A stretch of DNA of 64,000 bases from a virus (taxonomy: Duplodnaviria; Caudoviricetes), in the IMG/VR virus record IMGVR_UViG_3300004481_000017, positions 3,924 to 67,923 of that record. One strand, 5' to 3'. Position numbers and translations under genes: made by a program. The notes beneath the pieces are model-generated. The model had not been told where the DNA came from. It did no database searches and saw nothing but the letters and a program-made list of their open reading frames with translations. Shown here in pieces: positions 9,261-17,544 of this stretch. How positions within the stretch are numbered: the stretch's first letter is position 1; each line of letters starts with the position of its first letter.

Positions 9261-10712
9261 ATGTCCACACGAGCAAACTGCAGCAACCGCTACAAGCCGT
9301 GGCTCCTTCCTGGCACAGGATCGGGCCCGGCTCCGAGCGGCGATGCGCTGCTCGCTGTGCCGAACATCGCCGCGCTCATGGCGCTCGACACGACGACCAT
9401 CGACGATGGCGGCGTTGTGGCCGTCAAGAGCGTCATGGACGAGTTCATGCTCGACAAGACGAGCACGCTCGTCGCCGACGGCATCACGGTGGTGCCGGCA
9501 TCGGGTGGTGGAAACTGGCTCCGGCTGGAGATCCCGAGCCAGAAGTGGCTCCTGCAGCCGACGTTCTACATCGACCCCATCATGGGCAACGACGAGAACA
9601 CGGGGCTGACGGCGGGCGTGCCCCTATCCACCTTCGCGGAGTGGAAGCGGCGGGTCGGCACGCGGCTCGAAATTCCACAGACGCTCTACATCCAGAACGA
9701 TCTGACCGAAGACCTGCTGTTCGACATGGACAACGAGCAGGTCTACGTGGTCGTTCAGGGCGTCCGCACGGTGCTTTACTCGGGCACGGTCACGGCAGCG
9801 CAGGTCTGGAGCCCGAGCGGCCCGACGACCGATGGTCAGGTAACGGACGCGGCGATCCCCGTGAGCTGGACGGCGAGCGGCCTCGTCGACAAGCTGCTCG
9901 TTCTCACGTCGGGTCCGTCTGCTGGGGCGGCCGGATGGGTGGCGAAGGATCTCGGTGCCAAGACGGCGCGCTACAGCCCCCTCATCGACGCGAACACCTA
10001 CGCCACATACGATTTGGCGATTGCTGATACCTTCGACGTAGTCGATCTGACGACCGTGAATGGTGACTTCGTGGTGGTTGGGGCGTGCCAGGTAATCCCG
10101 ATCGACCTGTCGTTCCGAAGCCCCCTTGGCAGTGATGTGTTCAAAGCGCGCGGTCCAAGTCAGGTGTTCCCGATCTACTGCGACATCGAGATGCCGTTCA
10201 TCGGCGTCGAACAGTCGTCCTACGTGGATTTTATCGGGTGTCGTCTGAAGGGGACCGTCAACCAGTTCATCTTCGTCGTCGAATCAGGCACATGCTACCT
10301 CGACGCCTGCCTGATGAAATCGTACCTGCGCTGCCAGCGTGCAGGGGTAGCCGTGTGCACGGTCAAGACGCTTGCCCAGGGCGATGTCGGCGGACCGTGG
10401 GTCGGCATCAGCATGCTCTCGAACGGCTACCTAGCCATTCAGGAGTGGTACGCCATCTACGACGAGCCGACGACGGGACCGGCGCTACGCAACGACGGTG
10501 GCATGGCCGGGCTCTACGACTACCTGTGGGGCAACGGGGGCGCTTCCAGCTTCGGCGTGCTCGTGTTCGGAGCGAGCAGCGTCGTCTACACCCAAGTGCC
10601 GACGTACGGACCGGCTGTAGTCCAAGACACGTCGATCGGTGGCCTTCAGCGTCCGTACGCAAGCTTGCCGGTCCATAACGCTTCCAAGATGTGCGGGATC
10701 GTACAGCGATGA
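9261..10712 (+). CDS. Tailspike/fibre-like protein with probable beta-helix (483 aa)
   Basis: N-terminal DDGG..V..DGITVV..SGGGNWLR tailspike-type motif; FYIDPIMGND.N.G...P..T beta-helix entry motif. Confidence 0.65.
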   Translation: MSTRANCSNRYKPWLLPGTGSGPAPSGDALLAVPNIAALMALDTTTIDDGGVVAVKSVMDEFMLDKTSTLVADGITVVPASGGGNWLRLEIPSQKWLLQPTFYIDPIMGNDENTGLTAGVPLSTFAEWKRRVGTRLEIPQTLYIQNDLTEDLLFDMDNEQVYVVVQGVRTVLYSGTVTAAQVWSPSGPTTDGQVTDAAIPVSWTASGLVDKLLVLTSGPSAGAAGWVAKDLGAKTARYSPLIDANTYATYDLAIADTFDVVDLTTVNGDFVVVGACQVIPIDLSFRSPLGSDVFKARGPSQVFPIYCDIEMPFIGVEQSSYVDFIGCRLKGTVNQFIFVVESGTCYLDACLMKSYLRCQRAGVAVCTVKTLAQGDVGGPWVGISMLSNGYLAIQEWYAIYDEPTTGPALRNDGGMAGLYDYLWGNGGASSFGVLVFGASSVVYTQVPTYGPAVVQDTSIGGLQRPYASLPVHNASKMCGIVQR

Positions 10713-10879
10713 TGATCGAAGCCGAATCCCACAGCCAGGTGGCGGCGCTCCGAGAGGAGCACCCGGACGCAACCATCGTCGTCATCGACCACAAGAAGCG
10801 GACGGTGTACCGTCCGCATGGTCGCCCATTCATGATGCCGAAGGATGGAGTGCCCAAGGCCCGCGTGAAGAAGAAGTAG
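10709..10879 (+). CDS. Small basic hypothetical protein (56 aa)
   Basis: ATGA overlap with the upstream stop; fills the gap. Confidence 0.55.
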   Translation: MMIEAESHSQVAALREEHPDATIVVIDHKKRTVYRPHGRPFMMPKDGVPKARVKKK

Positions 10880-10889
10880 GAGAAGCTCC

Positions 10890-11294
10890 ATGCCAGAGTG
10901 GCTCGCGAACATGTGGATCTGGGCACAGGCGAACCCGTGGACGACGCTTGCGATCGTCGTCTACCTCATCGTGAATTTCGCTCCTCGGCCACACCCGGCA
11001 GAGCACACGGGCTGGGCTCGGATGTTCTGGCTCATCGTGGACCGCCTTTCCGTGCTGACGGCTGGCAGCGTTCCAGGCAAGCTCAAGATGCTTTTCGCTG
11101 GCTCGCCGCCGGCCGCTCCTGCCCCGACTGCTGCCAAGCCGAAGAAGCCGAAGGCGCAGAAGAAGAAGGCCGAGGATCCGAAGGCGGAGCCCGAGAAGCC
11201 CGCCGACGAGCCGAAGAAGGATGACGAGCCCGACGTCGAAGTCGACGGTCCGGGCTCGGGCGACAACCAAGGGAAGGACGGGTCAGGAACATGA
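10890..11294 (+). CDS. Membrane protein, holin-like, with charged C-terminal tail
   Basis: Hydrophobic WTTLAIVVYLIVNF and MFWLIV segments; K/E/P-rich tail; SD AGGAG. Confidence 0.6.
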   Translation: MPEWLANMWIWAQANPWTTLAIVVYLIVNFAPRPHPAEHTGWARMFWLIVDRLSVLTAGSVPGKLKMLFAGSPPAAPAPTAAKPKKPKAQKKKAEDPKAEPEKPADEPKKDDEPDVEVDGPGSGDNQGKDGSGT

Positions 11295-11758
11295 GTGGTG
11301 GAATTGGAATGGGCATCTTCGAGAACAGCGCCCTCGGCGAGCACGACACGGTCGTGCACCGAGTGCGGAAGGACGGCGTGGCGCTGGAGTTTGCCTGCCG
11401 CGGATGTGCGGTGCCGAAAGAGGTCGTTCTCGAATGGCCCGAGGTCATCGCGCTGAAGTACGGCATCGATCCAGCACTCGCGTTCCGTTCACAACAGAAC
11501 ATCATCACGCGCCCGACGCATTTCGAGTTCAAGGCGGACGAGGGCGGGTGGGTCCCCGAGCTGCGGTGCCCGACTTGCGACTTCGCCCTCGCCGTCGTCG
11601 TCGGCCCCGACGAGCCCGAGCGCTGGCTCGCTTCGGCGCGTCGCTCGAACGCCGTCAGCCCGCAGCTGGAGCAGCAGCTCTCGAACTACGTTGCCCGGAT
11701 CGCAAACGCGGCGCGAGCCCAAATGCAGTCGGCTCGCCAACCACAACGGCTCGGCTAG
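11291..11758 (+). CDS. Zn-ribbon protein (155 aa)
   Basis: CRGC and CPTC pairs; ATGA overlap. Confidence 0.7.
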   Translation: MSGGIGMGIFENSALGEHDTVVHRVRKDGVALEFACRGCAVPKEVVLEWPEVIALKYGIDPALAFRSQQNIITRPTHFEFKADEGGWVPELRCPTCDFALAVVVGPDEPERWLASARRSNAVSPQLEQQLSNYVARIANAARAQMQSARQPQRLG

Positions 11759-11764
11759 CGTGCC

Positions 11765-12307
11765 GTGCGCAAGTACGAGGTCGAACGGCTGATCCTGGAG
11801 CCGCACTTCCACGCGGTTCGGGACACGTTCGCCTCGCACGTGCCGGACGGTAGCGGACCACCGCTCGCCGACCTATCGAAGACGGAGTTCTTTGTCGACC
11901 AGGCCGTGCGCACGAGCGACCGGCACTTCGCGGCATGTCGCGAGGACGGCCGGCTCATCGTGCTCGCCCCCCAGGCGGTGGATCTCGACCTCGACACGCT
12001 CGTCGCCATCCTGGCGCACGAGTTTGGCCACGCGGCCGACTTCGCGTACCCAGGCGACTGGATGCTGCTTCACCCCGGTGATGAGGAGCAGCACGTCATC
12101 TGGGTACGCGGGCTCGACGATCCGAGGGCAGACAAGTGGCGCTCGTCGCTTTGGCGAGAGCGCGGGCGTGACGAGATCGAGATGACGGCCGATGCCATCG
12201 CCGAGGCCGTGACGGGCCATCGCATCATGTACTGCGGCGGCTGCACGCTTCAGTGCTTCCACGGTCCCGAGGTCAAGCACACGCGGCGACCGGAGGGGCT
12301 GCGATGA
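11765..12307 (+). CDS. Zincin-like metallopeptidase domain protein
   Basis: AILAHEFGHAAD (HExxH) plus downstream EMTAD.IAE. Confidence 0.7.
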   Translation: MRKYEVERLILEPHFHAVRDTFASHVPDGSGPPLADLSKTEFFVDQAVRTSDRHFAACREDGRLIVLAPQAVDLDLDTLVAILAHEFGHAADFAYPGDWMLLHPGDEEQHVIWVRGLDDPRADKWRSSLWRERGRDEIEMTADAIAEAVTGHRIMYCGGCTLQCFHGPEVKHTRRPEGLR

Positions 12308-13221
12308 AGTACAGGCCGAACAAGTTTCGGGCGAAGCCAGAAGTGCACGCTGGCGAGACGATGGGAGGCGTCCACAGCCACCCCGGGTTCCACACGACAG
12401 GAACCATGGAAATTGCCGCCTGCTACGCGCAGGCAAAGACCGTGTCGCACCCGTGGACGCTGTTCCCGAAAGCGGACAAGCCTCTTGCCGACTATCCGGT
12501 CATCGTGACGCTCGACATGGATGGGCTTGTCCCACTATCCGACTACGACGCCGAGAGGCAGATTTGGCCGAAGGTGCGCGACGTGCTTCTGGAGTTCTTC
12601 CGCATGAACCCAGATGCCGACAGGCGAACCCTGGAAAACTGGCTTGAGGTCGACGTTTCCGAGGGGCGTGATCCGATGGGTCGCGGGTATCCTTCGGGGA
12701 GCGCGCTCTTCACGATCGCTTCATGGCGAGTCGAGAACCCGTATGGAGCGCTCCACGACTTCATCGACGGGTGCCCGTGCGAGGAAGTGATGGCGCTCCT
12801 GCGCTCGCTAGTCGAGTCGGATGGCAAGCCCACGGATGAGGTGCTCTGCGCCCTGGCGGACCAGTACCGCTACGTCGAGGACATCGCAGAAAGTCGCGTC
12901 GCAAGCGTTCACTACATGAAGCCGTTCTGGCCGGAGCTGCTCGACTACCAGGCGGATGAGTGGGACGAGGGTGAGCCTGCGCCGAAGGAGTCCGATGCCG
13001 AGCTTTCGGAGACGCTTGAAGCTCTCGGCTGGTCTGTTCTCGACGTCGAGGACGTCTACAACGAGACCGCCCGCGTGGTGACCACCGAGGTCTACTCGTC
13101 GCGCAAAAAGTCCAAGCGCCCCGAGTACCACGGCACGAGCTACCGAAACCTTCTTTCGGCGGCGCCGCGCCTCGGAAAGAAGCTCCCCGTCCCGCCGCCC
13201 CCATACCGAGGTGCCCCGTGA
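12304..13221 (+). CDS. Putative ADP-ribosyltransferase-fold protein, apparently circularly permuted
   Basis: PGFHTT...A..YA, PVIVTLD, QYRYVEDI..SRV, with EYHGTS..L at the C-terminus. Confidence 0.5.
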   Translation: MKYRPNKFRAKPEVHAGETMGGVHSHPGFHTTGTMEIAACYAQAKTVSHPWTLFPKADKPLADYPVIVTLDMDGLVPLSDYDAERQIWPKVRDVLLEFFRMNPDADRRTLENWLEVDVSEGRDPMGRGYPSGSALFTIASWRVENPYGALHDFIDGCPCEEVMALLRSLVESDGKPTDEVLCALADQYRYVEDIAESRVASVHYMKPFWPELLDYQADEWDEGEPAPKESDAELSETLEALGWSVLDVEDVYNETARVVTTEVYSSRKKSKRPEYHGTSYRNLLSAAPRLGKKLPVPPPPYRGAP

Positions 13222-13427
13222 AAGCTCTCGACTACGCCGCGTTCTCCGTCGTGCTCGTCGCCGGTGTCGGCGTCGGCCACTACGTCGCCAAGGCCGTGCA
13301 TGAGCAGTCGACGCCCGAGGATGCGAACACGCTTCTTTGGATGGGAGCGTTCACGCTGGGAGCTGCCGGCGCGGCCTACCTGCTCAACGTCAAGCAGAAG
13401 ACCGTCGCCGACGTGATCGCGAAGTAG
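13218..13427 (+). CDS. Small two-TM membrane protein (69 aa)
   Basis: Two hydrophobic Gly/Ala-rich segments; GTGA overlap. Confidence 0.75.
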   Translation: MKALDYAAFSVVLVAGVGVGHYVAKAVHEQSTPEDANTLLWMGAFTLGAAGAAYLLNVKQKTVADVIAK

Positions 13428-13439
13428 TGGGGGGCTGCC

Positions 13440-14414
13440 GTGAAACCGGATCTGGTCACGACGCTGCCCGATGAGCGGCTACTGCGCCCGAGGGATCTCG
13501 CCCCGAACCCCGACGTGCTCCCAAAACCGTTTGGGCGCTACGCGAAATTTCTCGTCCGAACCGGACTCATCGTGAATCAACGGCGAGGCGAACGATGGCA
13601 CGCTTTGACGCCTCGCAGCCTGTATCCGCTCGCTCTGTGGCTAAGCACCAAGCCTCCGGTGAGCGTCATGGCGATGACCGACGTGAACAAGCGGATCGTG
13701 GCCGTTCATCGTGCCGCCCCTGGTTTTTCGGAACCGGCCGGCAGAGCCATGGTCCTGTCCGCGATCACTGCTGCTAGCCATGCGTTTCTGGCAGAGTCGT
13801 CGACTGAGGACGAGCCTGGCGACCGTGTGATCGACTCGCTCAGAGACGCTGAGCGAGAAATCGACTGCTCCCCTGTCACCGTGATCGACTCGTTCGCCGT
13901 TGGACGAAAGCAATACCTCTCGGCGGTCGATAACTGGTCAAGCCACCCGTTGAGCCGTAGCATTTCGGACGAGGAGGAGTCGATGCTGGACCGTCTGGAA
14001 AACGAGTTTGACGCCAAGTGCGTGCTTGCTCGAAGCGCTCGTTGGTCCGGGGCTGCCGGCCCCATGTTTTCAGAGAGGCTGCTGTTGGAGGCTTGCCAGC
14101 ACATGACCTTCGACGACCAGGAAAGCATGGTCGGCTTGTCGTTCAGCGAAAAAGGACGGCTGGTTGCAATCAACGAGGCGGCCCGCGGCGCAGCGGAACA
14201 CGTGACCATAGGCCCGAGGGATTTGGTCAAAATCCCCTTGCTGACGGGCGCATCCGGACTCGCCGTCGTGCACAACCACCCGAGCGGTGTGGCTCTTGCG
14301 AGCGAGGAGGACGTGGAGATGAGTAAAAGGCTACGAACGCTCGCGAGCTGTGTCGGGGTCGAGTTCATCGGCTCCTATGTCGTCGGCCGGGATACGGGTC
14401 TCGTGAAGGTGTGA
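13440..14414 (+). CDS. RadC-like JAB/MPN domain protein with long unknown N-terminus
   Basis: C-terminal QESMV...VHNHPSG.ALASEED (E..HxH...S..D). Confidence 0.85.
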   Translation: MKPDLVTTLPDERLLRPRDLAPNPDVLPKPFGRYAKFLVRTGLIVNQRRGERWHALTPRSLYPLALWLSTKPPVSVMAMTDVNKRIVAVHRAAPGFSEPAGRAMVLSAITAASHAFLAESSTEDEPGDRVIDSLRDAEREIDCSPVTVIDSFAVGRKQYLSAVDNWSSHPLSRSISDEEESMLDRLENEFDAKCVLARSARWSGAAGPMFSERLLLEACQHMTFDDQESMVGLSFSEKGRLVAINEAARGAAEHVTIGPRDLVKIPLLTGASGLAVVHNHPSGVALASEEDVEMSKRLRTLASCVGVEFIGSYVVGRDTGLVKV

Positions 14415-14421
14415 GCGTCCA

Positions 14422-14601
14422 ATGACCTACGAGTACGAGTGCAAGTCCTGCGGCCACAAGTGGGAGGCCGAGCAGAAGATCACCGAGGAGCCCATCCGCG
14501 AGTGCCCCGAGTGCCACGAGCCCGAGGCTCAGCGCATCATCTGCGGCAGCGGCTCGTTCGTCCTGAACGGCCGAGGATGGTTCAGGGACTCGTACTCCTG
14601 A
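14422..14601 (+). CDS. FmdB-family zinc ribbon protein (59 aa; missing from ORF track)
   Basis: MTYEYECKSCGHKWE...CPECHEP..QRII..SFVLNGRGWFRDSYS, translated by hand. Confidence 0.9.
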   Translation: MTYEYECKSCGHKWEAEQKITEEPIRECPECHEPEAQRIICGSGSFVLNGRGWFRDSYS

Positions 14602-14607
14602 CGGGAG

Positions 14608-15090
14608 ATGAACATGGACAGAATCGCAAGTCTGGCTCGTGGCTACGTCGTCGTATCGTTCTCGGCGAAGGCGTTTCTTCTTTGCGCCATCGTGCTCGGT
14701 CAGGTGGGCTGCCCGGACTGGGTACGGCAGGCGCAGATCCAGACGGCCAACACGGTCGCCGTCGCCGCGAACGGCGCCTTGCCCATGCTCGTCGAGACCT
14801 ACCGCCAAGAAGGTTTGCGAGCCATCGACGACGTGAAGTCGAAGGGCGGCACAGCTCAGGACGCCGAGGCTGCGGTCGAGGCCGTGAAGACGAAGTGGAA
14901 GCCCATCTGGGAAGGATGGGCTGCGCTTCGCATCGCCGAGGATGCATGGGCAGACGCCCTCGAACAGGACAAGGACACGACTGCGGCGCTCGTCGGGCTC
15001 CGTAGCGCCTACTGCCAGTTCATGGCTCGTTGGCCTAGCACGGTGCCCGCGATCCCGCTCGCTCCCATCGTCTGCGGAGGGCTGCCGTGA
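14608..15090 (+). CDS. Putative lipoprotein (160 aa)
   Basis: Hydrophobic leader ending GQVGC (lipobox-like); helical body. Confidence 0.65.
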   Translation: MNMDRIASLARGYVVVSFSAKAFLLCAIVLGQVGCPDWVRQAQIQTANTVAVAANGALPMLVETYRQEGLRAIDDVKSKGGTAQDAEAAVEAVKTKWKPIWEGWAALRIAEDAWADALEQDKDTTAALVGLRSAYCQFMARWPSTVPAIPLAPIVCGGLP

Positions 15091-15365
15091 AACGCTACAG
15101 GTTCGTGACCAACTGCATTGCCGCTGACGGTCGAGACATCCAGGAGATGGTCGACTCCGGCGAGCAGGTCACGAGAGCCACGTTCGTTCGGTACACCAAC
15201 GACACCGAGCGTCGTGAGATGGAGGACGCGATGGGCTACGACGTCTTCCCCATCACGAAAGACTGGCATGTGGCCTACTTCAAGGGCTTCTACCGTGGCG
15301 TTCCTGCGTACTGGATGACGTGGAGCGCGATCGAGTACGTGTTCACGTTGGACGGCGAGGTGTGA
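15087..15365 (+). CDS. Hypothetical protein (92 aa)
   Basis: GTGA overlap; normal composition. Confidence 0.7.
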   Translation: MKRYRFVTNCIAADGRDIQEMVDSGEQVTRATFVRYTNDTERREMEDAMGYDVFPITKDWHVAYFKGFYRGVPAYWMTWSAIEYVFTLDGEV

Positions 15366-15387
15366 CAGTAGCTCGCGGAGGATTAGC

Positions 15388-15714
15388 ATGAGCGACACGG
15401 CAAAGACGCTGGACAACATCGCCGACAAGCTCGGCCAGGCTTCGGGAGCGCTATCGCTGACGGGCATCCCGGCCATGATCGCTGCCATCGGCGCCATCGT
15501 GCTCAAGAGCGCGGCGGCGTTCGTGCGCCTCGGCAAGGACCCCGTCGTCGAGATCCAGCGCATTCACGACGCGGACCCGATGCTCAAGGCGGTCCACGAC
15601 GAATGGGCGAAGACCATCGCCGAAAAGTTCCCGCCACCGAGCGAGCCGGCGAGGGCCAGAGATACCTTGCCAGCCGGGGCTCCGCTCAGCGAAGATCCAT
15701 ACGAGGACGGCTGA
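15388..15714 (+). CDS. Membrane protein (108 aa)
   Basis: SD GGAGG; hydrophobic IPAMIAAIGAIVL. Confidence 0.7.
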   Translation: MSDTAKTLDNIADKLGQASGALSLTGIPAMIAAIGAIVLKSAAAFVRLGKDPVVEIQRIHDADPMLKAVHDEWAKTIAEKFPPPSEPARARDTLPAGAPLSEDPYEDG

Positions 15715-15718
15715 CGCG

Positions 15719-15940
15719 ATGTTCACCGTGACCGTGACCAACCCCGATGGAGAGCGCCGGAGCACCGTCTGCCGTGACGTGGACGATTGCATGGAGGCCG
15801 TCCGGGTAGAAGCCGCAACGGCCCGACCATGGACGCTCATCCACCTGACCCGCGGAGGTCGCGAGGTCGCCACGTGGGGCGTTGGCCCGCACGGCAAGAT
15901 CGCCCGCAAGCCGCCGAGGATGCGGCGTCCGATGAGGTAG
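15719..15940 (+). CDS. Hypothetical protein (73 aa)
   Basis: Fills the operon gap; normal composition. Confidence 0.6.
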   Translation: MFTVTVTNPDGERRSTVCRDVDDCMEAVRVEAATARPWTLIHLTRGGREVATWGVGPHGKIARKPPRMRRPMR

Positions 15941-15948
15941 CCTAGACC

Positions 15949-16230
15949 ATGTACGCGCAGCAGCAAGTAATGCTTCAGCCAGTCCAGGGGCACCCGTGGG
16001 TGCAGTGCGCAGTCGTTGCCGATGTCTACGCGCCGGCTAGGATCATCTGCCGTTGCGCTGCGTGCGGAGACCAGTGGCGGCACGAGTGCCAGCACCCGGG
16101 GCGAGCCCAGAGCTGGATCTACAAGTACGCGGCCCAGCACAGTCACGGCAACGAACAGCTGCGCCGAGCGTTCTCGGACGCCTACGTCCGCGAGCACCAG
16201 CGGTTCATGATGCAGATGCGAGGATGGTAG
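15949..16230 (+). CDS. Hypothetical Zn-binding protein (93 aa)
   Basis: CRCAACG..HECQH...H; SD GAGGT. Confidence 0.65.
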   Translation: MYAQQQVMLQPVQGHPWVQCAVVADVYAPARIICRCAACGDQWRHECQHPGRAQSWIYKYAAQHSHGNEQLRRAFSDAYVREHQRFMMQMRGW

Positions 16231-16234
16231 GCCC

Positions 16235-17098
16235 GTGAGCGCAAAGAACGTCGTCGTCTGGGCCGGTCCGGTCTACCTCCAGCAGGTCGACGGAGCCTGG
16301 ATCCCAGGATCGGCGGTCTACAACTGGCAGTGCAAGGGCGATCAGACGCCACCTTGCCGGGTGCAGGCCGAGTCGCTGAAGACTTCGGACGGCCGGCATC
16401 TTCCGGCGTTGCTCTCGCATTTCCACGAGCCCGTCGAGCTTGGCACGCGGGTGTTCCTGGCTGCGTTCTCGGCGGGCGGGAGCTTCATCCGCACGATGGC
16501 GAAGCACCCGTCTGACCGCGCCATGATCCGGGCGATGCACTTCGCCGATGCGACCTACACGAGCTACGACGGTGCCGGCAACGTCAGGCCGAACCCCGAC
16601 ATGGTCGACTTGGTCAAGCACTTTGCCGAGTCGCCGAGCCAGCTGCTCGTCGCGACTTCGAGCAGTCGACCGGACCGCAACAACCCGAGCGCAACGCAGA
16701 CGCTCCAGGCCACGCGCGCCGCCGTCGAGCAAGCACTCGGCAAGACGTTTGAGAAGCTCGACCACTTCTACGGCGTCGAGCCGGCTCCGGTCGCCGTCTA
16801 CCGGCTCGGGAACGTCATCTTGGCCGAGTACGGCGACGATCCGCTCGGGCACGGCGGGCATGCGACCATGATCGGACGGCAGGTGTGGGACAAGATCATC
16901 TCGCCGTGGGACTTGGGCACGCTCACTCCCATCGGGCCGAAGCCAAAGCCGCTGCCGAAGCCGCTGCCGCTCCCAGGCCAGACGCCAGCCCCGGTTCCCG
17001 AGGAGCCGAACAGGACACTCCCAGTGCTCGTGTTTCTGGGCGCCGCCGTGGCGTCGGCCGTCGGAGCCTACGCGCTCCATCGCCGCTTCCGTGGGTAG
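16235..17098 (+). CDS. Alpha/beta hydrolase with Pro-rich linker and C-terminal TM anchor
   Basis: AAFSAGG nucleophile elbow, FADA, HGGH; PKPKPLPKPLP linker; TM LPVLVFLGAAVASAVGAYAL followed by HRRFRG. Confidence 0.75.
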   Translation: MSAKNVVVWAGPVYLQQVDGAWIPGSAVYNWQCKGDQTPPCRVQAESLKTSDGRHLPALLSHFHEPVELGTRVFLAAFSAGGSFIRTMAKHPSDRAMIRAMHFADATYTSYDGAGNVRPNPDMVDLVKHFAESPSQLLVATSSSRPDRNNPSATQTLQATRAAVEQALGKTFEKLDHFYGVEPAPVAVYRLGNVILAEYGDDPLGHGGHATMIGRQVWDKIISPWDLGTLTPIGPKPKPLPKPLPLPGQTPAPVPEEPNRTLPVLVFLGAAVASAVGAYALHRRFRG

Positions 17099-17152
17099 TG
17101 GTCTTGTGCTAGTACACGCTCCTCTTGCTAGCTTGGAGGCCAAGGGGGAGAC

Positions 17153-17512
17153 GTGGACGAAAGTAGCGCACTGCGAAACGTGATGGGCCGTATCGAGATG
17201 CTCAAGGTGGCTGACGACGACGGCGACCAGGAGTCCTCGAATCAGCACCTGCGCATGGCCATCGACGACTTGACCGAGTTGCTCGTCCTGTTGCTTCACT
17301 GCCCCGAGAGAAACGCCACAGCCTGCACCATAGGCGTGCGAGCCATCGGGCTCATCGGGGCGGCTGCCTGCGAGAGCAAGGGACGGGCGAGGTCCAAGTG
17401 CCTTCGCAACGCCGAGCACCAGCTCGCTGCCCTTAAGGTGTGGCTCGATCCAGCGCCCGATCCGCAGTGGAAAGGGCCAGCGAACGACATGGCGCTCTAC
17501 CTACCGGCATGA
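17153..17512 (+). CDS. Hypothetical helical protein (119 aa)
   Basis: GTG after GGGGGAG. Confidence 0.6.
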   Translation: MDESSALRNVMGRIEMLKVADDDGDQESSNQHLRMAIDDLTELLVLLLHCPERNATACTIGVRAIGLIGAAACESKGRARSKCLRNAEHQLAALKVWLDPAPDPQWKGPANDMALYLPA

Positions 17513-17544
17513 CGGCGGCTCGGGCCGCGTGGTAGCCTTGCCTC

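Noticed and set aside
1-10712. Diversity-generating retroelement acting on fibre genes
   Set aside because: No reverse transcriptase and no adenine-variable TR/VR pair was seen.
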